Positions 59,152-64,000 of a stretch of 64,000 nt of DNA are shown here, in pieces; position 1 is the first letter of the stretch, and the number at the start of each line of letters is the position of its first letter. The notes under the pieces are model-generated. The model made no database searches. It saw only the letters and a program-made list of their open reading frames with translations, and was not told the DNA's origin. Location of the stretch: contig JAGXNO010000010.1 in NCBI GenBank assembly GCA_019894975.1, positions 1 to 64,000 of the forward strand, read 5' to 3'. The stretch is from Promethearchaeota archaeon. GTDB taxonomy: Archaea; Asgardarchaeota; Lokiarchaeia; Sigyniarchaeales; SOKP01. Both the position numbers and the translations under genes were made by a program.

Positions 59152-60900
59152 TCAATCTTCATTTTTTTCCCTTTTCATATGAATAATTTCTCGAGCTTTT
59201 TCAAAAATTTCAGAAGTCTTTATTCCAGCAGGACAAAGAGTATCACAAAGACCACATAACGTACAGGTTTGCAGGATCTTTGTTATGAAATCATTTAATT
59301 CCAGTTCTCCATGAGCTAGACCATTCAGAATACTAAGCCTACCTCTTGGGCTATAAGGTTCAATTAAATGATATATTCTAGAGGGACATTTAGTAATACA
59401 GAAACCACATCTCATACATTTTAACTCTAATAATTCTTCTGATTTATTTTTAAGATTTCGTTTGTGAATATGTTTTTTAAGGGATCTACTATCTCCTTTT
59501 CCTATTCCAGGGTTTAAAATTCTATTAGGATCAAAAAAACTCCTAATGTCAGCCATTAGATTTACAACATCTTTACCATGTTCTAATTCGAGATATGGGG
59601 TTTTTACTTTCCCAATTCCATGTTCTCCCGTTAAAGTGCCCCCTACAGGAATAATTATTTCCTTATATAAATATTCAACTGCATTTTCAAAATCTTTTAC
59701 GTCTTCTTCATCATTTTCGTTAAACAAGAAAGTAGGATGTAAATTTCCTTCCATATGACATACTGTAGCAACCAGTAAGTTTTTAGCATTAATTGCTTTA
59801 GGGATTTGCTCAATTTTTGTAATAACTTCTGAAAAGTCAGATAGTTGTATGGTACAATCCTCAACACAAGTATTTGGTCTAATTCTAGAAAGTGCAGGGA
59901 GATTAGATTTTCTTGCAAGAATTAATCTCTCCCTTTCTTCTTCTGTGTTAGCAATTTTATAATAAATTGGATTATGTTGGATAATGAGATCAAGCAAAAT
60001 TGAGAATTTACCTTCAACCTCCTCGTAAGAATCCCCATCCACTTCTGCTAATAATACATAACCGTTAGGAAAATCAAGAAATTCTTCCCCTAAAAATTCA
60101 GTTACTGCTTCTAACATTAGTTTATCCATAAATTCTAACAAATTTGGCACAATTCCCCTTTTTCTTATATCAATAACGGCATCTCTTAAATCATCAACAT
60201 TTTCAAAAATATAAAAACCGAGTTTCCTTGAATTTGGTAATGGTCGAATTCTTAATCCAATTTTAGTAATAACTCCTAAAGTTCCTTCAGAACCAATAAA
60301 AAGCTCTTTTAAATTATAAGAAGATACTGATTTAAGTACTTTGGTTCCCAAATTTAGAATCTTGCCATTAGGTAAGACTACTTCCAAATATAACACATAA
60401 TTTTTAGTAACCCCATACTTAAATGCTTGAATGCCACCCGCGTTGCTGGCAACCATCCCTCCAATGGTACAAACTGAGCTTGAACCAGGATCTGGGGGGA
60501 AAAAATATTTATAAGGTTTTAACTGCTCATTTAATTCATCACATATTACTCCAGGTTGGACTTCTACTAAGTTGTTGACTATATCAATATTTAGTATACT
60601 ATTCATTTGAGTTAAATCTAGTACAACACCACCATAAGGAGTTAAAGAGCCTGAGGATAAACTCGTTCCACTCCCACGAGGTGTTATCGGAATTTTATTT
60701 TTATTAGCCAACTTTAGAATCTCAGAAATTTGCTTTGAATTTTGAGGAACTAAAATTAGATCTGGTACCCATTCTTTATTGAAAATAAAACCACCGAAGG
60801 TATATGACCATCTGATTTCAAATTGAGTAAAGAAGTAATTTTCTCCTACAATTTGTTTAAATGTTTCAAGTAAAGAACTAGAGATTTTGTTGTAAATCAT
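59152..60900 (-). CDS. FAD-linked oxidase (GlcD/D-lactate dehydrogenase-like) with C-terminal 2x[4Fe-4S] domain
   Basis: PRGSGTSL, PPDPGS, GSEGTLG, GNLHP, GEHGIG, NPG; CMRCGFC and CTLCGLC...CP. Confidence 0.9.
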   Translation of the reverse strand: MIYNKISSSLLETFKQIVGENYFFTQFEIRWSYTFGGFIFNKEWVPDLILVPQNSKQISEILKLANKNKIPITPRGSGTSLSSGSLTPYGGVVLDLTQMNSILNIDIVNNLVEVQPGVICDELNEQLKPYKYFFPPDPGSSSVCTIGGMVASNAGGIQAFKYGVTKNYVLYLEVVLPNGKILNLGTKVLKSVSSYNLKELFIGSEGTLGVITKIGLRIRPLPNSRKLGFYIFENVDDLRDAVIDIRKRGIVPNLLEFMDKLMLEAVTEFLGEEFLDFPNGYVLLAEVDGDSYEEVEGKFSILLDLIIQHNPIYYKIANTEEERERLILARKSNLPALSRIRPNTCVEDCTIQLSDFSEVITKIEQIPKAINAKNLLVATVCHMEGNLHPTFLFNENDEEDVKDFENAVEYLYKEIIIPVGGTLTGEHGIGKVKTPYLELEHGKDVVNLMADIRSFFDPNRILNPGIGKGDSRSLKKHIHKRNLKNKSEELLELKCMRCGFCITKCPSRIYHLIEPYSPRGRLSILNGLAHGELELNDFITKILQTCTLCGLCDTLCPAGIKTSEIFEKAREIIHMKREKNED

Positions 60901-61055
60901 TTTGATATTTGATTAATACTAAAATTAACTTTTATAATATTTTCTTTCTCAATTTAATTTAATATTTCATAAAATAATTTTAAAATTAATCATTAGTTAT
61001 TTTAATAAGAAAAAAAATTTATGAATAGAAATTTATCATTTACAAGGGAAATTTT

Positions 61056-61442
61056 ATGGGAAAAATTCTAAGAGATTTATATATTTTAACTGTTAGTGGC
61101 ACTACTGTTTATAGTCGAGTAATTGATCCAAGGGTTAATCCTCAATTATTTGGTGCTCTCATGAGTGCTTTAAATACATTTGCTGAAAAACTTACTGATG
61201 AAGGGATGTCTGATTTTGAATTAAGCAATATACGTTTTTCAATTGTAAAAAAAAATAAATTTCTTTTTATTGCGAGTTCTTCTAAGAAAGTAAAATCAAA
61301 AAAAATATTCGCGGAATTAAGAGAGATATCAGACAAATTCTTCGAATTATATCCCGCAGAAACCTTAAAAAAATGGGATTCTGACGTGGGACTCTTCGAA
61401 ACCTTTGAACACGCCATTAAGGATTCGTTAGAGGATAAATGA
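61056..61442 (+). CDS. Longin-like domain protein
   Basis: LYILTVSGTTVYSR..PQLFGALMSALNTFAEKL..FSIVKKNKFLFIA..LREISDKFFELY. Confidence 0.7.
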   Translation: MGKILRDLYILTVSGTTVYSRVIDPRVNPQLFGALMSALNTFAEKLTDEGMSDFELSNIRFSIVKKNKFLFIASSSKKVKSKKIFAELREISDKFFELYPAETLKKWDSDVGLFETFEHAIKDSLEDK

Positions 61443-61557
61443 GCTGAAAGAGTTTTGTTTTTTTACATCAAATCTCTTCATTCACGATTTTTTGATTTTT
61501 GTTTTTATAACCATAAAAGATTTAAGATAAAAAAGATATGGTAATAATGATTAAAGT

Positions 61558-61914
61558 ATGAAAGAAGTTGAAAGCGATAAAACTACTATAAAAAGGGAAG
61601 GAACTATAGATCAAACAAGCAACACTGAAAGTTCAAGAGACTTTAGTTCAATTAACAATAGCAAATTTGTTCCCTCAAGTAATATTGATTTTCTTATAAA
61701 AAGAATATCAAATCCCGCATTCTTAGGTTCAATTCACTTGAAAAAGGAAATGAATCCAAATTTTCATCATATAGAAAATATGATAGCTAGTGAGTATGAG
61801 TCAAAATTGACACAATCTCTAAAAAATACGATTTTCAATCCCATCACAAAGATATTGATAATCTCAGCAATCGTGTTTAATATTTTTTGGTTTCTCTCAT
61901 TATATCTTCTATAG
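61558..61914 (+). CDS. Tail-anchored hypothetical protein
   Basis: Polar N-terminus, single TM helix at the extreme C-terminus. Confidence 0.55.
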   Translation: MKEVESDKTTIKREGTIDQTSNTESSRDFSSINNSKFVPSSNIDFLIKRISNPAFLGSIHLKKEMNPNFHHIENMIASEYESKLTQSLKNTIFNPITKILIISAIVFNIFWFLSLYLL

Positions 61915-62047
61915 ACAGAAAGAAATTAAAAAGCAATAATTCCCCTTTGAATATTTTCTTTATTATAAATTTAAAAGATATTTATATCTATCAAGATTAG
62001 AATTTATAACTTAAATTTGAAATTATAAATAAAAAGGTAATTCGTGT

Positions 62048-63520
62048 TTGATTTACGATGTTATAATTATAGGAGCTGGGGTAACTGGGTGTTGTATAGC
62101 ACGTACACTTTCAAAGTATGATCTAAATATATGTGTGCTAGAGAAAGAAGCGGAAATCGCTTCTGGTGCAACTAAAGCTAATTCTGGTGTGGTTCATGCA
62201 GGATATGCTGCCCAAAGAGAGTATACCAAACGACACCTATGCATCAAAGGAAATAAATTATATTCTCAAGCAGCTGAAGAATTAAATTTTCCGTTTAAAA
62301 GAATTGGTTCGTTTGTAGTCGCATTAGAAGATGAACAAATTAAAGGATTAGAGGAAGAAAGAAAAAAAGGTGCCGAAGATGGTATTCCCGGTCTAGAACT
62401 AATATTAGATAAGAAACGAATACATGAAATGGAACCAAATCTGACTGAAGATGTTGTAGGTGTTCTACATGCCTCTACCGCGGGACTTGTAAGCCCATAT
62501 GAATTAACATTTGCACTAGCGGATAACGCTGCAACAAATGGTGTAAAATTTTTCAGAAACCAAGAAGTTGTAAAAATCAAACACCAAGATTATATTTTCA
62601 CAGTAAGAACTTATCAGGGAGAATTTCAGACAAGAAATCTTATTAATGCAGCAGGGCTCTATGCATCGAGGATTTCTAGGATGCTGGGTTTGGATTATTT
62701 TAGATTAATGCCCAGAAAGGGAGAATATATCCTATTTGATAGAAATGCAATTCAACTTAATAAAATTCTTTTCCCAACACCCACCAAAATATCAAAAGGG
62801 ATTTTAGTATGCCCAACGTTGCATGGAAACACTTTTGCCGGACCCAATGCGCAAAATTTAAATGATCCTGAAGATCTTTCCACTACTACTGCTGGTTTAA
62901 AAGAAATTTTGGAGGGAGGGAGAAAATTAGTCCCAAATCTTCCTCTAAGAAGTGCAATTAGAAATTTTGCCGGATTAAGAGCAGTACCGGATACATATGA
63001 TTTTATAATAGATAATACTGATATCTATGGGTTTATAAATGTCGCAGGAATTTTATCTCCGGGATTAACAGCAACTTTTGCAATTGCTGATAAAATTGTT
63101 GAGTTCCTTGAACTTCTGGGAGTACAATTAACTCTTAAAGAAGATTATAATCCTAATCGTCCTAAACCAGAAAGATTTAAAGATTTCAAGAGGCAAGAAC
63201 TTGATAAAAAAATTCAAGAGGATCCAAGGTGGGGAAGAATAATCTGCCGTTGTGAAACAATCCCTGAAAAAGAAATCGTTGACGCTATCCATGCTCCTGT
63301 TGGATCAACCACAGTTGATGGCATTAAATTTCGCTGTCGACCTGGTATGGGAAGATGTCAAGGAGGATTCTGTCGTCCTCGAGTTATTGAAATACTTTCA
63401 AGGGAACTAAATATCCCTTATGAAGATATCACCAAAAGAGGAGAAGACACTAATATTTTAGTAGGGAAAACCAAAGATTTAGCGTTAAAAAATTTATCTA
63501 GAGGTGTGGATACCGATTGA
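62048..63520 (+). CDS. FAD-dependent oxidoreductase, glycerol-3-phosphate dehydrogenase-like, with BFD-like [2Fe-2S] domain
   Basis: IGAGVTG, ATKANSGVVHAG, SPGLTA, ICRCE, GMGRCQGGFC. Confidence 0.88.
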   Translation: MIYDVIIIGAGVTGCCIARTLSKYDLNICVLEKEAEIASGATKANSGVVHAGYAAQREYTKRHLCIKGNKLYSQAAEELNFPFKRIGSFVVALEDEQIKGLEEERKKGAEDGIPGLELILDKKRIHEMEPNLTEDVVGVLHASTAGLVSPYELTFALADNAATNGVKFFRNQEVVKIKHQDYIFTVRTYQGEFQTRNLINAAGLYASRISRMLGLDYFRLMPRKGEYILFDRNAIQLNKILFPTPTKISKGILVCPTLHGNTFAGPNAQNLNDPEDLSTTTAGLKEILEGGRKLVPNLPLRSAIRNFAGLRAVPDTYDFIIDNTDIYGFINVAGILSPGLTATFAIADKIVEFLELLGVQLTLKEDYNPNRPKPERFKDFKRQELDKKIQEDPRWGRIICRCETIPEKEIVDAIHAPVGSTTVDGIKFRCRPGMGRCQGGFCRPRVIEILSRELNIPYEDITKRGEDTNILVGKTKDLALKNLSRGVDTD

Positions 63521-64000
63521 ATACCTATGAAGTGGATGTCGCTGTAATTGGTGGTGGCTCAGCCGGCTTAGCGGCGGCAATAGTAGTAAAAAAAGCGAAT
63601 TTAGATGTCCTAATTTTAGAGAGAGATAAAGAATTAGGAGGAATTACACTCCAATGCATTCATAATGGGTTTGGTCTTCATGAGTTTGAAGAAGAATTAA
63701 CCGGACCGGAATATATTCAACGATTTATCAATCAAGCTATAGAATTAGATATTGCCTATAAATTAGATACTATGGTTGTAGAAATAACTCCAGAGAAAGT
63801 TATTTACGCTGTGAACAATAAAGAAGGACTTATAGAAATTAAACCTAAAGCAATAATATTAGCTATGGGTTGCCGTGAAAGAACAAGAGGTGCAATTAAC
63901 ATACCTGGTTTTCGTCCGTCTGGGATATATACTGCAGGACAAGCTCAAAGATTTGTTAATATTGAAGGATATCTACCGGGTAGAACTTATGTTATTTTAG
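63517..64000 (+). CDS. NAD(P)/FAD-dependent oxidoreductase (partial, runs off window end)
   Basis: TTG overlapping the previous stop; VAVIGGGSAGLAAA..LGGITLQCIHNGFGLH.F.EELTGPEY..LAMGCRERTRG. Confidence 0.88.
   Translation, partial: MNTYEVDVAVIGGGSAGLAAAIVVKKANLDVLILERDKELGGITLQCIHNGFGLHEFEEELTGPEYIQRFINQAIELDIAYKLDTMVVEITPEKVIYAVNNKEGLIEIKPKAIILAMGCRERTRGAINIPGFRPSGIYTAGQAQRFVNIEGYLPGRTYVIL

Noticed and set aside
915-62580. Many 60-130 aa ORFs antisense to or nested in confident genes (e.g. 3844-4131, 8843-9166, 22879-23259, 62266-62580)
   Set aside because: They are explained as antisense or alternate-frame shadows of well-supported CDSs.
1-64000. tRNA, rRNA, SECIS or selenoprotein signals
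   Set aside because: No GC-rich cloverleaf or rRNA-like segment and no conserved gene interrupted by an in-frame TGA was seen by eye; tRNAscan-SE and Infernal would be decisive.

Overview
AT-rich, gene-dense archaeal chromosome segment, most consistent with an Asgard archaeon of the Lokiarchaeia type. This is an inference from archaeal information-processing genes (rpo7-spt4-DPCK-S24e-S27ae-kae1-bud32, S6e/L24e/L7Ae/S28e, rpo10, TFB, DHS) co-occurring with eukaryotic-signature-type proteins (Rab-like GTPase, two roadblock proteins, a longin-like protein, gelsolin-domain proteins). I found no rRNA, tRNA, CRISPR array or transposase. The main unannotated signal is a 40-codon Leu-rich leader ORF ending in Leu-Leu-Leu, with mutually exclusive RNA helices, directly upstream of the leuA-leuC-leuD operon; it is a candidate ribosome-coupled leucine attenuator in an archaeon. 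Other points: at least three genes that apparently must start at ATT/ATA (rpl7ae, leuC, an unannotated 99-aa ORF); a surface protein / membrane-bound wHTH regulator pair with apparently related ectodomains and an HF|S motif; a TrmB protein with a ~500-aa helical insert; a PlsY-kinase fusion; a tandem duplication of a small gene with its promoter and palindrome; an internally deleted pdaD; and a head-to-head junction of two truncated genes. All product calls come from motif recognition by eye; no database search was run.
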